The notes beneath the pieces are model-generated. The model was given only the letters and a program-made list of their open reading frames with translations, searched no databases and was not told the origin of the DNA. Source: an uncultured Clostridia bacterium (GTDB lineage: Bacteria > Bacillota > Clostridia > TANB77 > CAG-508). From it: 64,000 nucleotides of DNA. The stretch covers positions 4,280 through 68,279 of the forward strand of contig CANPZF010000006.1 of the NCBI GenBank assembly GCA_947589015.1. The letters are read 5' to 3'. Positions within the stretch are counted from its first letter, which is position 1; each line of letters opens with the position of its first letter. This document shows, in pieces, positions 1-9,709 of this stretch. Position numbers and translations under genes: made by a program.

Positions 1-847
1 ATTAAATAAATTTTTGTTAGACAGTATCCCTACCTTATCTCAAAATCTTTTATACAAAACTCTACGAAAAAAAAATATAAAAATAAATGGTAAAAGAATT
101 TCTAATAACATAACTATATATGAAAATGATGAAATTCTAGTATATATTCCAGATAATTTATTAAAAAATAAATTTAATTTAAATATATTTTATGAAGATG
201 AAAATATTTTAATTGTAAATAAACCTTATAATTTAGAAGTAACTGGAGAAAATAGTTTAACTTCTCACATTCACCAAATTTATTCTTCATTTTCCTTTAA
301 ACCAATGCCCTGTCATAGACTTGATAGAAATACTATTGGTCTTATTTTATATGCAAAAAATCAAGAATCTTTAAATATTTTATTAAACAAATTCAAGAAT
401 CATGAAATAGAAAAGCACTACTTAGCTTTAGTTTATGGTCATCCAAAAGAAAATAAAAAAAGAGTTGAAAGTTTTTTATTTAAAGATAATAAAAAATCAA
501 TGGTATATATTAGTGACACATTAAAAAAAGGTTATCAAAAAATAATTACTACTTATACAGTACTAGAGCAAATAGATGATGGTTCTTCTATATTAGATGT
601 TGAAATAGAAACAGGTAAAACACATCAAATTAGAGCTCATCTTGCCTATTTAGGGTTTCCTATTATTGGTGATGGAAAATATGGAATAAATGAAATTAAT
701 AAAAAATTCCATAAAAAATATCAAATGCTTTGTAGTTATATTATAAAATTTAATTTTATGGATGATAATAATTTACTTGATTATTTAAAAAATAAATCTT
801 TTTTTCTAAATGTTAAGCTAGATAAAAATATGAATTTTATATTTTAA
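1..847 (+). CDS. RluA/RluD-family RNA pseudouridine synthase (5' end probably outside the window)
   Basis: S4-like N-terminus, NKP motif, HRLDRNT catalytic Asp motif, TGKTHQIR and GDGKYG. The frame is open back to the window edge. Confidence 0.9.
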   Translation, partial: LNKFLLDSIPTLSQNLLYKTLRKKNIKINGKRISNNITIYENDEILVYIPDNLLKNKFNLNIFYEDENILIVNKPYNLEVTGENSLTSHIHQIYSSFSFKPMPCHRLDRNTIGLILYAKNQESLNILLNKFKNHEIEKHYLALVYGHPKENKKRVESFLFKDNKKSMVYISDTLKKGYQKIITTYTVLEQIDDGSSILDVEIETGKTHQIRAHLAYLGFPIIGDGKYGINEINKKFHKKYQMLCSYIIKFNFMDDNNLLDYLKNKSFFLNVKLDKNMNFIF

Positions 848-851
848 TTTT

Positions 852-883
852 ACTAGTCCTTATAATAAAGGGCTAGTTTTTTT
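852..883 (+). terminator. Rho-independent terminator
   Basis: ACTAGTCCTT-loop-AAGGGCTAGT followed by a T-run, just after the stop codon. Confidence 0.75.
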
Positions 884-969
884 ATTAATATAAAACACAC
901 AAAAAAGTACAAACTCATATAATACAAGAGTAGCATCATTATGTTATTACATAGGAAGGAGGTAAAAAA

Positions 970-1464
970 ATGTCAAATACCAAAACTCTTATCATAGGTA
1001 CATTATTAGTAGTAACATTAGCCATGTGCATAGGTTATTCTGCATTTGCCACTCAATTAAATATAAATGGAACAGCTGAAGTTACTGGCGAATGGAATGT
1101 AAAAATAATTAATATTGAAGCTCAAAATGTTAGTGATGGTTGCGATTATGGAACTCCTCAATTTACTGATACTAGCGCAACATTTGATGCTAAATTAATG
1201 AAACCTGGAGATTCAATAACTTATGTAATAACAATACAAAATGCCGGAACTATTGATGCTACATTAAATAATATAACCTGTACACCAGATGAAAATGGCT
1301 CACCAGCCATTATATATACAAATACTGAACCTGCAAGTTCTCTAAAAGCTGGGGATCAAACGACCTTCTCAGTAAATGTTATATATGATTCCAAATCTAC
1401 AGAAGTGCCTTCAATAAAAACTAAAACAATAACAGGTACTATCGAATATGTACAAGAACAATAG
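970..1464 (+). CDS. Secreted beta-rich protein with a SipW/TasA-type signal peptide
   Basis: Strong RBS (AGGAGG). Hydrophobic N-terminus ending GYSAF. PGDSITYVITIQNAGTIDA motif typical of TasA/camelysin-like or Ig-like proteins. Adjacent to a signal peptidase. Confidence 0.6.
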   Translation: MSNTKTLIIGTLLVVTLAMCIGYSAFATQLNINGTAEVTGEWNVKIINIEAQNVSDGCDYGTPQFTDTSATFDAKLMKPGDSITYVITIQNAGTIDATLNNITCTPDENGSPAIIYTNTEPASSLKAGDQTTFSVNVIYDSKSTEVPSIKTKTITGTIEYVQEQ

Positions 1465-1544
1465 TAATACACATGCTTATGAAAAATATAAACAGATAAT
1501 AGGAAAGCATAGTCTTTCCTATTATCTTTAAATAAGGTGAAACT

Positions 1545-2690
1545 ATGAGAATTTTAAAAAATAAAAATTTATTAATAATTGTAATTATTTATTTATGTGT
1601 AATGATTAATTTACTTTTAAAAAATGATGTATTCTTTAGTCATATAGTAAATCCGCTATTTTGGTTATGTATTTCGCTTTATGTAATATGGGATATAAAA
1701 AATTCATATTTGCGATTATGTATTGCAAGAAAATATACTATAAACATGATTATAATCTCCTCTCTTCACATATGTTTTTACTTTTATATAGGTTATATTT
1801 TTGGATTTTCTAAAAGTCCTTATAATCATGAAATATTAACTATGTTTAAAAATATTATAATTAAACTCATCCCTATTGTTGGTATTGAAATGACAAGAAA
1901 TATCATTATAACTAGAAATAAAAGCAACAAAATCCTATTGGCATTTGTAGCAATTATTGGGGTATTATTAGAAATTAATTATAATACATTAATTAATATA
2001 TTTCCAAATAAAGAAGCATTTTTTAAATATGTTTGTTCAACAATATTACCAACATTTGCATGTAGTATTTTGTACACATATTTAGACTTTAATAATTCTT
2101 TTTTACTTGTATTAATATATAGATTTTTCAAAGATTTAATAGTCTTTCTAATACCTATTTTGCCTGATTTAGACTGGTTTGTTACAGCTTCTATAAATAT
2201 ATTATCACCTACTCTAGTTTATATATTATTTAAATATAAATTTGCAAAACAAAGAAAAAATCACATAAAAAAATCTCAAAATATTTTTGAAAAAATTAGT
2301 TATTCAATAACACTTATTTTTTTAGTTGGTTTGATTTGTTTTATGTTAGGTGCATTTAAATATGAACCAATTACTATTCTTTCAAATAGTATGAGTCCAT
2401 TATTTAATCGTGGCGACGTTGTTATTTTCAGAAAAATAAATGATAGTAATCTAAATGAAATCTCGAAAAATTCTATAATTATTTATAGTATAGAAAATCA
2501 AAATATTGCTCATCGTGTTGTTGATAAAATTGAAAAAAATAATACTATATCCTATCAAACCAAAGGTGATAGCAATAATGTAGCTGATACAAATCTAGTA
2601 CAAATAAATCAAATTAAGGGTGTTTATTTATTCCATATTAAATACATCGGTTTTCCGTCTGTTTGGCTATATGACTATTTTAATAAGTAA
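1545..2690 (+). CDS. Signal peptidase I (SipW/S26B-like) fused to an N-terminal multi-TM domain
   Basis: C-terminal SNSMSP..RGD, HRV and TKGDSNN motifs (Ser/His type). About 8 hydrophobic segments upstream. Confidence 0.8.
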   Translation: MRILKNKNLLIIVIIYLCVMINLLLKNDVFFSHIVNPLFWLCISLYVIWDIKNSYLRLCIARKYTINMIIISSLHICFYFYIGYIFGFSKSPYNHEILTMFKNIIIKLIPIVGIEMTRNIIITRNKSNKILLAFVAIIGVLLEINYNTLINIFPNKEAFFKYVCSTILPTFACSILYTYLDFNNSFLLVLIYRFFKDLIVFLIPILPDLDWFVTASINILSPTLVYILFKYKFAKQRKNHIKKSQNIFEKISYSITLIFLVGLICFMLGAFKYEPITILSNSMSPLFNRGDVVIFRKINDSNLNEISKNSIIIYSIENQNIAHRVVDKIEKNNTISYQTKGDSNNVADTNLVQINQIKGVYLFHIKYIGFPSVWLYDYFNK

Positions 2691-2729
2691 AACTCAAAAG
2701 TTAAAATAAAATAAGGAGGGATAATAAAT

Positions 2730-3764
2730 ATGTCAAATAATAAAAAAACTAATTGTATTATTGTAATTATTATAATCTTATCTATACTTGGAATCACTCT
2801 TATTAAATATGGCTTACAATCTGGAAATACTATAATTCCTATTTATAGTTATACAGCTCAAAAAACTGATAATTATAATGTTCTATTAAAACCTAATACA
2901 TTTTATGAAACTGAAACACTTCCAGCTGGTGGTTACTATGCTTCAAAATCTATTTATACCTATAACATAAACCTTATGTATGATTTTAAATCTAGCCAAA
3001 AAGCTAATATAGAATATAATTATACCATTACCGCTAATTTAGTAGGAACAGCTATAGATAATGACAATAAAAATAAAGAAGTTTGGAATAGAACTTTCAT
3101 CATAAAAGATAATACTAATAGTATCCAGGAAAATATAGATTCATTTTCTATTAATGAGCCAGTAAATATTGATTATGACTATTATAACAATGTAGCTCGT
3201 TCTTATGAAAAAGCATATGGAATTACAATCAATGCAATATTAAAAATTCGTTTTAATATTTCTTATTCTATTAGTGCTGATGTTTTAGGTTCAGATGTTG
3301 AAAATGTTGAAGATTATATTGAATTAGATATTCCTATAACTTCTACTATAAGTGAAGTTCAAAAAAACTATGAAAATGTAACATCTAAAGACATTACTTT
3401 ACCAATGGAAAATACTAGACTACCACAAAAGACATCTTTGGCAATAGGTATATCATTAATAATAGTAGCACTAGTAACAATGATGATAACTATAAATAAA
3501 AAAATGAAATCTCCTGAAATAATGTATAATCACAAACTAAAACATATTTTTAAGTATTATAGAGATTTAATAGTAACAGTTTCTGATAAACCAACTTTCT
3601 CAAGCTTGCAAATAATGAATGTTTCTATTATTGATGATTTAATTGATGTAGCAGAACAAACCCAAAATAATATAATCTATTATAAAACCCCTAATAAAAA
3701 GCAAAGTAACTTTTATGTAATTGTTGATAATTATGTATATGTTTATACATTATCAGTAAAATAA
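2730..3764 (+). CDS. Membrane-anchored protein, DUF5305-like
   Basis: N-terminal and near-C-terminal TM segments. The C-terminus (KYYRDLIV..IDDLIDVAE..YVYVY) resembles the family usually found next to SipW genes. Confidence 0.5.
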   Translation: MSNNKKTNCIIVIIIILSILGITLIKYGLQSGNTIIPIYSYTAQKTDNYNVLLKPNTFYETETLPAGGYYASKSIYTYNINLMYDFKSSQKANIEYNYTITANLVGTAIDNDNKNKEVWNRTFIIKDNTNSIQENIDSFSINEPVNIDYDYYNNVARSYEKAYGITINAILKIRFNISYSISADVLGSDVENVEDYIELDIPITSTISEVQKNYENVTSKDITLPMENTRLPQKTSLAIGISLIIVALVTMMITINKKMKSPEIMYNHKLKHIFKYYRDLIVTVSDKPTFSSLQIMNVSIIDDLIDVAEQTQNNIIYYKTPNKKQSNFYVIVDNYVYVYTLSVK

Positions 3765-3805
3765 AGTTTTATATATGGGAATAGTTTTTATAAAACTATT
3801 CCCAT
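3764..3805. terminator. Bidirectional terminator between convergent genes
   Basis: TATGGGAATAGTTTT-TAT-AAAACTATTCCCATA inverted repeat. Confidence 0.7.
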
Positions 3806-3828
3806 AATATCTATAATTTTAAATTCAA

Positions 3829-4356
3829 TTAAGATATTATATATTCATATTTTTGATATTCTGGTTCATATTTTTTTATTAATTTTATAAAATTCTTACA
3901 ATGCGTTTTATATCTTAAATGACAATATTGATGTAGTACTACATAATCAATAGTCTTTCTATTATACATAACTATTTGAGGATTTATAGTTATTTTGTTG
4001 TTTTCACATTTTCCTAATACATTATTTATTTTCTTTATTTCATAATCTTCTGGTGCAAACCCTAATAAAATTCTCATTTTTTCCATTGCTCTTTCTATTT
4101 CAACTTTTGCAATCTGTTCATACATTTTTTCAATCGCTAAGTCTAAAATTTGTTCATTAGATGTTCTTTTATATCTATTTGGAAGTGATATTTTTATGGT
4201 TAAATTTTCTATATTTAATTCTGCCATTTTTATATTTTTATATTCAATTTTCACTTTGTAATTAATTCCTAAAATTGGTACAGGATGTCTCTCTATCACT
4301 GCTTTACTAATATTTCTAACTTTTATTTTTTTACCTACCATATTCATTATTATCAC
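3829..4356 (-). CDS. YgjP/DUF45 (M48-like) domain protein with a degenerate HExxH motif
   Basis: GKC...ITINPQIV..IDYVVLHQYCHL..H...F pattern. The catalytic Glu is replaced by Gln. Confidence 0.7.
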   Translation of the reverse strand: MIIMNMVGKKIKVRNISKAVIERHPVPILGINYKVKIEYKNIKMAELNIENLTIKISLPNRYKRTSNEQILDLAIEKMYEQIAKVEIERAMEKMRILLGFAPEDYEIKKINNVLGKCENNKITINPQIVMYNRKTIDYVVLHQYCHLRYKTHCKNFIKLIKKYEPEYQKYEYIIS

Positions 4357-4708
4357 TCCTAATAGAATTTTTGTTTTGCGAATTGTTGTTCGTTTTTTTG
4401 TTGTTTACATTTTATACTCTATATAAAAAATTGTCAATAGTTTTTTTAAAATTTTTCAAATTTTTGCTACAGGATAATGATTACAAACTTAGAATATGCG
4501 AAAATGCTTATATATTAATATTTGCAGTCAAGACCCGGATTGTTACACCCCAAATATGTTTTGACAAAATATATTAATATATAAGCATTTTCATAGCTAA
4601 TTTTTAAAACATTATCTTATAGCAAATTTTGTTCACAATATTACTACCGTAAATAAAAAGAACTCTATAAAAAACTTAGAGTCCTTAATTTATATTTTAA
4701 TAATATTT

Positions 4709-5710
4709 TTATTTAAATGATTCTTCAACTGCAACTGCTACTGCAACTGAAGCACCAACCATTGGATTGTTACCCATTCCAATTAGTCCCATCATCTCAA
4801 CATGTGCTGGAACTGATGAACTTCCTGCAAATTGTGCATCTGAATGCATTCTTCCCATTGTATCTGTCATACCATAAGAAGCTGGCCCAGCTGCCATATT
4901 ATCTGGATGTAATGTTCTTCCTGTTCCTCCACCTGATGCTACTGAAAAATATTTTCTTCCTGCTTCTATTCTTTCCTTTTTATATGTACCTGCAACAGGA
5001 TGTTGGAATCTTGTTGGATTTGTTGAATTTCCTGTAATAGAAACATCAACATCTTCCATCCACATAATAGCAACACCTTCTCTAACATCATTTGCTCCAT
5101 AGCATTTAACCTTAGATCTTTCTCCTTCTGAATATGCTATTTCTTCTACTACTTTTACCTTTCCAGTAAAGTAATCAAAATCTGTTTTTACATATGTAAA
5201 TCCATTAATTCTTGATATAACTTGTGCAGCATCTTTTCCAAGTCCATTTAAGATTACTCTTAATGGTTCTTTTCTTACTTTATTTGCAGATTTGGCAATA
5301 CCTATTGCCCCTTCTGCTGCTGCAAAACTTTCATGTCCTGCTAAAAATGCAAAACATTTCGTATCTTCTGATAATAACATAGAAGCTAAATTTCCATGTC
5401 CTAATCCTACTTTTCTATCATCTGCAACAGAACCTGGTATACAAAAAGCTTGTAATCCTTCTCCTATTGCTTTTGCTGCATCTGCTGCTTTAGTACATCC
5501 TTTTTTTACTGCTATTGCAGCTCCTAAAGTATATGCCCATGCTGCATTCTCAAAGCAAATTGGTTGTACTCCCTTTACTATTTCATAAGGATTAAATCCT
5601 TTGTCTGTACATATTTTTAATGCATCTTCAAAATCTTTTATACCATATTTTTCCATAACTGGTTTAATTTGATCTATTCTTCTTTCATAACTTTCAAATG
5701 TTACTGCCAT
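4709..5710 (-). CDS. GGGtGRT protein
   Basis: Contains the eponymous SGGGTGRTLHPDNM motif. Highly conserved anaerobe family. Confidence 0.92.
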   Translation of the reverse strand: MAVTFESYERRIDQIKPVMEKYGIKDFEDALKICTDKGFNPYEIVKGVQPICFENAAWAYTLGAAIAVKKGCTKAADAAKAIGEGLQAFCIPGSVADDRKVGLGHGNLASMLLSEDTKCFAFLAGHESFAAAEGAIGIAKSANKVRKEPLRVILNGLGKDAAQVISRINGFTYVKTDFDYFTGKVKVVEEIAYSEGERSKVKCYGANDVREGVAIMWMEDVDVSITGNSTNPTRFQHPVAGTYKKERIEAGRKYFSVASGGGTGRTLHPDNMAAGPASYGMTDTMGRMHSDAQFAGSSSVPAHVEMMGLIGMGNNPMVGASVAVAVAVEESFK

Positions 5711-5810
5711 TTTTTACCTCCTACTTACTAAAATACATATTTTTAGTAATTTTCTATTTTTATTAATATATTTAACTTATCATTTATATACTTCTTTCAG
5801 ATTTGTCTTA

Positions 5811-5847
5811 ATAGTTGCCAAAAAAGAGCGTCCCTAATGGCAACTAT
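5811..5847. repeat. Short REP-like hairpin related to the 16.24-16.36 kb palindrome
   Basis: ATAGTTGCCA...TGGCAACTAT stem enclosing AGAGCGTCCC. The same words occur at 16241-16349. Confidence 0.55.
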
Positions 5848-6536
5848 TCTTTTCTTGGATCTATTTTCTTAACTGCTTCATCAAATCTACCATATGTACC
5901 AGAAGCTTTTTCTATAGCTTCCATTGCTTCCATTCCTTTTTTGATATTTTCCATCATTTTTCCTAAATGAACATATTTATAACCAATTATTTGATCGTCT
6001 TTGTCTAGTCCTAATTCTACTATATATCCTTCTGTTAAGTTTAAATATCTTGGTCCCTTTAGCTTACTTGAATATATTGTTCCTACTTGTGATGTATGTC
6101 CTTTTCCTAAGTCTTCAAGTCCAGCTCCTACTGGAAGTCCTCCTTCTGAAAATGCGGTTTGTGTTCTACCATATACTATTTGTAAAAATAATTCTCTCAT
6201 AGCAGTATTTATAGCATCACAAACTAGGTCTGTGTTTAATGCTTCTAATATAGTTTTTCCTGTTAATATTTCTCCTGCCATAGCTGCTGAATGTGTCATT
6301 CCTGAACATCCTATTGTTTCAACTAATGCTTCTTGAATAATTCCATCTTTTACATTTAATGTTAATTTGCATGCTCCTTGTTGTGGTGCACACCATCCTA
6401 TTCCATGTGTTAAACCAGAAATATCTTTTATTTCCTTTGCTTTTACCCATTTTCCTTCTTCTGGAATTGGTGCTGGTCCATGGTCTACCCCTTTTGCTAC
6501 ACTACACATTTCTTCTAATTCTTTTGAATAAATCAT
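5844..6536 (-). CDS. NifU/IscU-like Fe-S scaffold-domain protein, the usual partner of GGGtGRT
   Basis: GWCAPQQGACKLTLNVK, ETIGCSGMTHS and LVCDAINTAMRE motifs. Confidence 0.85.
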   Translation of the reverse strand: MIYSKELEEMCSVAKGVDHGPAPIPEEGKWVKAKEIKDISGLTHGIGWCAPQQGACKLTLNVKDGIIQEALVETIGCSGMTHSAAMAGEILTGKTILEALNTDLVCDAINTAMRELFLQIVYGRTQTAFSEGGLPVGAGLEDLGKGHTSQVGTIYSSKLKGPRYLNLTEGYIVELGLDKDDQIIGYKYVHLGKMMENIKKGMEAMEAIEKASGTYGRFDEAVKKIDPRKE

Positions 6537-6624
6537 TTTTAATTGCTCCTTTCATTTCTTCATTTTTTAGTATTTTATTTATTATATTTTTATCTTAAAA
6601 GTTAATATTCTAAATAAAATTCTC

Positions 6625-7345
6625 TTATTTTTTATAATTTTTTTGCTCTTCTTCTTCTGATAATAATATTTGATTCTTTACTTTTCTTTGCATTATTCTT
6701 TCAGGTTGTTTATTCTTTTTATCTTCTGCTTCTGTTTCTGTTTCATAAAGTTCATAATCTTGGGTATCATAGTCTATTATATTTTTTATATCATTTATAT
6801 AAATCCCTGATACATATTCTTCTCTTCTTATTAAACTTTTAGAACCACTTAAGTATTTTTTTAAAATTTCTTTGCCTCTTTTATTTAATTGTTCTAATCC
6901 AATTCCTAAATAATTATATCTCCAAATAATGTGCCTTTCATAATTAGAAATATCACTATTTTTTAAATCTTCATAACTATATTCAACTTTAAATCTTAGG
7001 TTTTGTATTGATATTGTTATATTGCTCCATATTGCATCTGCTTCATTCTTTTTAAATTCTTCTCTTAATCCGCTTGATTTTTTCAAATAAAATTTCTACT
7101 AATTTCATATATTCATTTTCATCTAAATTAAATTTAGCTGGTATTTCATATACATTTACAGGATTTTTTCTAAATATTCCTTTTGGAATATAGTAAAAAA
7201 ATAATTCTCCGGTTTGTTTTCCATCTTCTTCATCTTGTACTGAACTATATAAATATAAATTTTCCCATTTTTCTGGAATCATATAGAATAATTTTCTTTG
7301 AATATCTTCATATATTTCTTTTATTTTTTTTGTATGCTTTAACAT
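6625..7345 (-). CDS. DUF600/YezG-like immunity (antitoxin) family protein; one gene split by a +1 shift at CGG 7072-7070
   Basis: ORFs 7052-7345 and 6625-7086 join into 239 aa if AAG-CGGA-TTA is read K-G-L. Motifs MIPEKW, FFYY, W..ITI, FKVEYSYED and W.Y.YLG fit the family. Confidence 0.7.
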
Positions 7346-7350
7346 ATCTT

Positions 7351-8892
7351 TTATTCCTTATCTAACAAACTTTCTCCTGTCATTTCCTCTGGTTTGTCTA
7401 AATTCATTAAATCAAGCATAGTTGGGGCTAAATCTGCTAGTTTTCCACCTGATTTTAATTTTAAGTTTTTATTATTAGTTATTAATATAAGTGGTACTGG
7501 ATTTGTTGTGTGTGCTGTGTGTGGTTCCCCTGTTTTATAATCTATCATTTGTTCTGCATTTCCATGATCTGCTGTTATTAATAAATTTCCTTTCTTTTTT
7601 TCTACTGCTTCTACTACTTTTCCCACACATTCATCTACGGCTTCTACTGCTTTTATAGCTGCTTCTAAACTTCCTGTGTGTCCTACCATATCTGTATTTG
7701 CATAATTTAGTATTATATTATCATATTTATCTTCTTCTATTGCTTTTAATACTTTTTCTGTAACTTCATATGCACTCATTTCTGGTTTTAAATCATATGT
7801 TTCTACCTTTGGTGATGGTACTAATATTCTATCTTCACCTTCAAATAGTTTCTCTTCTCCTCCATTAAAGAAAAATGTTACATGCGCATATTTTTCTGTT
7901 TCAGCAATTCTAAGTTGGGTATATCCTAATTTACTTATATATTCACCAAAAGTGTTGTGTAAAGTTTCTTTTTTAAATGCTATGTTTACATTTGGCATTG
8001 TTTCATCATAGTTTGTAAAACATACATAATATAAATTTAATCCTTTTTCAGTTTCAAATCCATCAAAATCTGGATCTACTAATGCTCTTGTTATTTCTCT
8101 TGCTCTATCTGGTCTAAAGTTAAAAAATATTACTGAATCATTTTTTCCTATTGTTGCAATAGGTTCTTCTCCATTACATATTAATGTAGGTTCTACAAAT
8201 TCATCAAATACTTCTTTTTGATAAGAGTCTTCAATTGCTTTTATGCTACTTCCTGCTTTATTTCCTTCTCCTTTTACAATAGCATCATAACATTTTTTAA
8301 CTCTTTCCCACCTTTTATCTCTATCCATGCTGTAAAATCTTCCAGAAATACTTGCAATTTTTCCTACTTCTTTTTCCTTCATTTTTTCTTCTAATTTCAT
8401 TAAATAAGATTCAGCAGATGCTGGTGGTGTGTCTCTTCCATCTAGAAAACAATGTACATATACATTTTCAAAATCTCTTCTTTTTGCCATTTCTAATAAT
8501 CCATACAAATGTCTTATATGGCTATGAACTCCACCATCTGAAACTAGACCTAAAATGTGTAATTTTGAATTATTTTTTTTACAGTTATCTATTGCAGAAA
8601 TAAATTCTGGATTTGTAAAAAAGTCTCCATCTTCTATTGATTTCGTAATTCTTGTTAATTCTTGATATACTATTCTTCCTGCTCCTATATTAGTGTGTCC
8701 AACTTCTGAATTTCCCATTTGTCCTTCTGGTAGTCCTACTTTTAGTCCACTTGTATATATTTCTGTACTTGGATATTTTTTCATTAGCTTACTAATATTA
8801 GGCGTTTTGGCAAGTTTTATTGCATTTCCATCTTTATTAGGATTATTTCCAAATCCGTCTAATATCATTAGCATTGTTAAATTATTTTTCAT
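7351..8892 (-). CDS. gpmI: 2,3-bisphosphoglycerate-independent phosphoglycerate mutase
   Basis: [42 protein letters not shown] and TADHGNAE motifs. Confidence 0.98.
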   Translation of the reverse strand: MKNNLTMLMILDGFGNNPNKDGNAIKLAKTPNISKLMKKYPSTEIYTSGLKVGLPEGQMGNSEVGHTNIGAGRIVYQELTRITKSIEDGDFFTNPEFISAIDNCKKNNSKLHILGLVSDGGVHSHIRHLYGLLEMAKRRDFENVYVHCFLDGRDTPPASAESYLMKLEEKMKEKEVGKIASISGRFYSMDRDKRWERVKKCYDAIVKGEGNKAGSSIKAIEDSYQKEVFDEFVEPTLICNGEEPIATIGKNDSVIFFNFRPDRAREITRALVDPDFDGFETEKGLNLYYVCFTNYDETMPNVNIAFKKETLHNTFGEYISKLGYTQLRIAETEKYAHVTFFFNGGEEKLFEGEDRILVPSPKVETYDLKPEMSAYEVTEKVLKAIEEDKYDNIILNYANTDMVGHTGSLEAAIKAVEAVDECVGKVVEAVEKKKGNLLITADHGNAEQMIDYKTGEPHTAHTTNPVPLILITNNKNLKLKSGGKLADLAPTMLDLMNLDKPEEMTGESLLDKE

Positions 8893-8944
8893 CTTCTACC
8901 ATCCTTTTCTTAATAAGATTATTAGAGATAAAAATAGTTATAAA

Positions 8945-9694
8945 TTATTTGTAATTTACTATTTTTGCAAATTCTTCTGGTTCTAAACTTGCTCCTCCTA
9001 CTAATCCTCCATCTATATCTGACATTTCAAATAATTCTTTGGCATTTTTTGACTTTACACTTCCGCCATATTGTATTATAACTCTATTTGCTACATTTTG
9101 TCCATAGATTTCTTGAATTTTGTTACGTATAGCTTTTATTGATTCATTTGCATCTTCGCTTGTTGCGGTTTTGCCTGTTCCTATTGCCCATATAGGCTCA
9201 TATGCAATAATAGTATTTTTTACTTGTTCTTCTGTTAATCCCTCTAATGCTAACTTTGTTTGGGTCGTTATAACTTCTATTGCTTTTCCTTTTTCTCTTT
9301 GCTCCAATGTTTCTCCAACACATACAATTGGTTTTAATCCATTTGCAAATGCTGCTTTTATCTTTTTATTTACTGTTTCATCTGTTTCATTAAAATATTG
9401 CCTTCTCTCTGAATGTCCAATAATTACATATTCTACATTTACTGCTTTTAACATTTGTGCTGATACTTCTCCTGTATATGCTCCTTTTTCCTCAAAATGC
9501 ATATTTTGTGCTCCAATTTTTATGTTTGTATTTTGTGCCGTAAGTAAACTATAAAATAAGTCTGTATATGGTACACATAACACAACTTCATTTTCTGTAT
9601 CTTTTACTAATGGTGTTAATTTTTCTATAAATTCTATTGCTTCATTTGGAAGTTTATTCATTTTCCAATTTCCCGCTATTACTTTTTTTCTCAT
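8945..9694 (-). CDS. tpiA: Triosephosphate isomerase
   Basis: [24 protein letters not shown] and YGGSVK motifs. Confidence 0.98.
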   Translation of the reverse strand: MRKKVIAGNWKMNKLPNEAIEFIEKLTPLVKDTENEVVLCVPYTDLFYSLLTAQNTNIKIGAQNMHFEEKGAYTGEVSAQMLKAVNVEYVIIGHSERRQYFNETDETVNKKIKAAFANGLKPIVCVGETLEQREKGKAIEVITTQTKLALEGLTEEQVKNTIIAYEPIWAIGTGKTATSEDANESIKAIRNKIQEIYGQNVANRVIIQYGGSVKSKNAKELFEMSDIDGGLVGGASLEPEEFAKIVNYK

Positions 9695-9709
9695 AAAAAT
9701 TCCTCCTTA

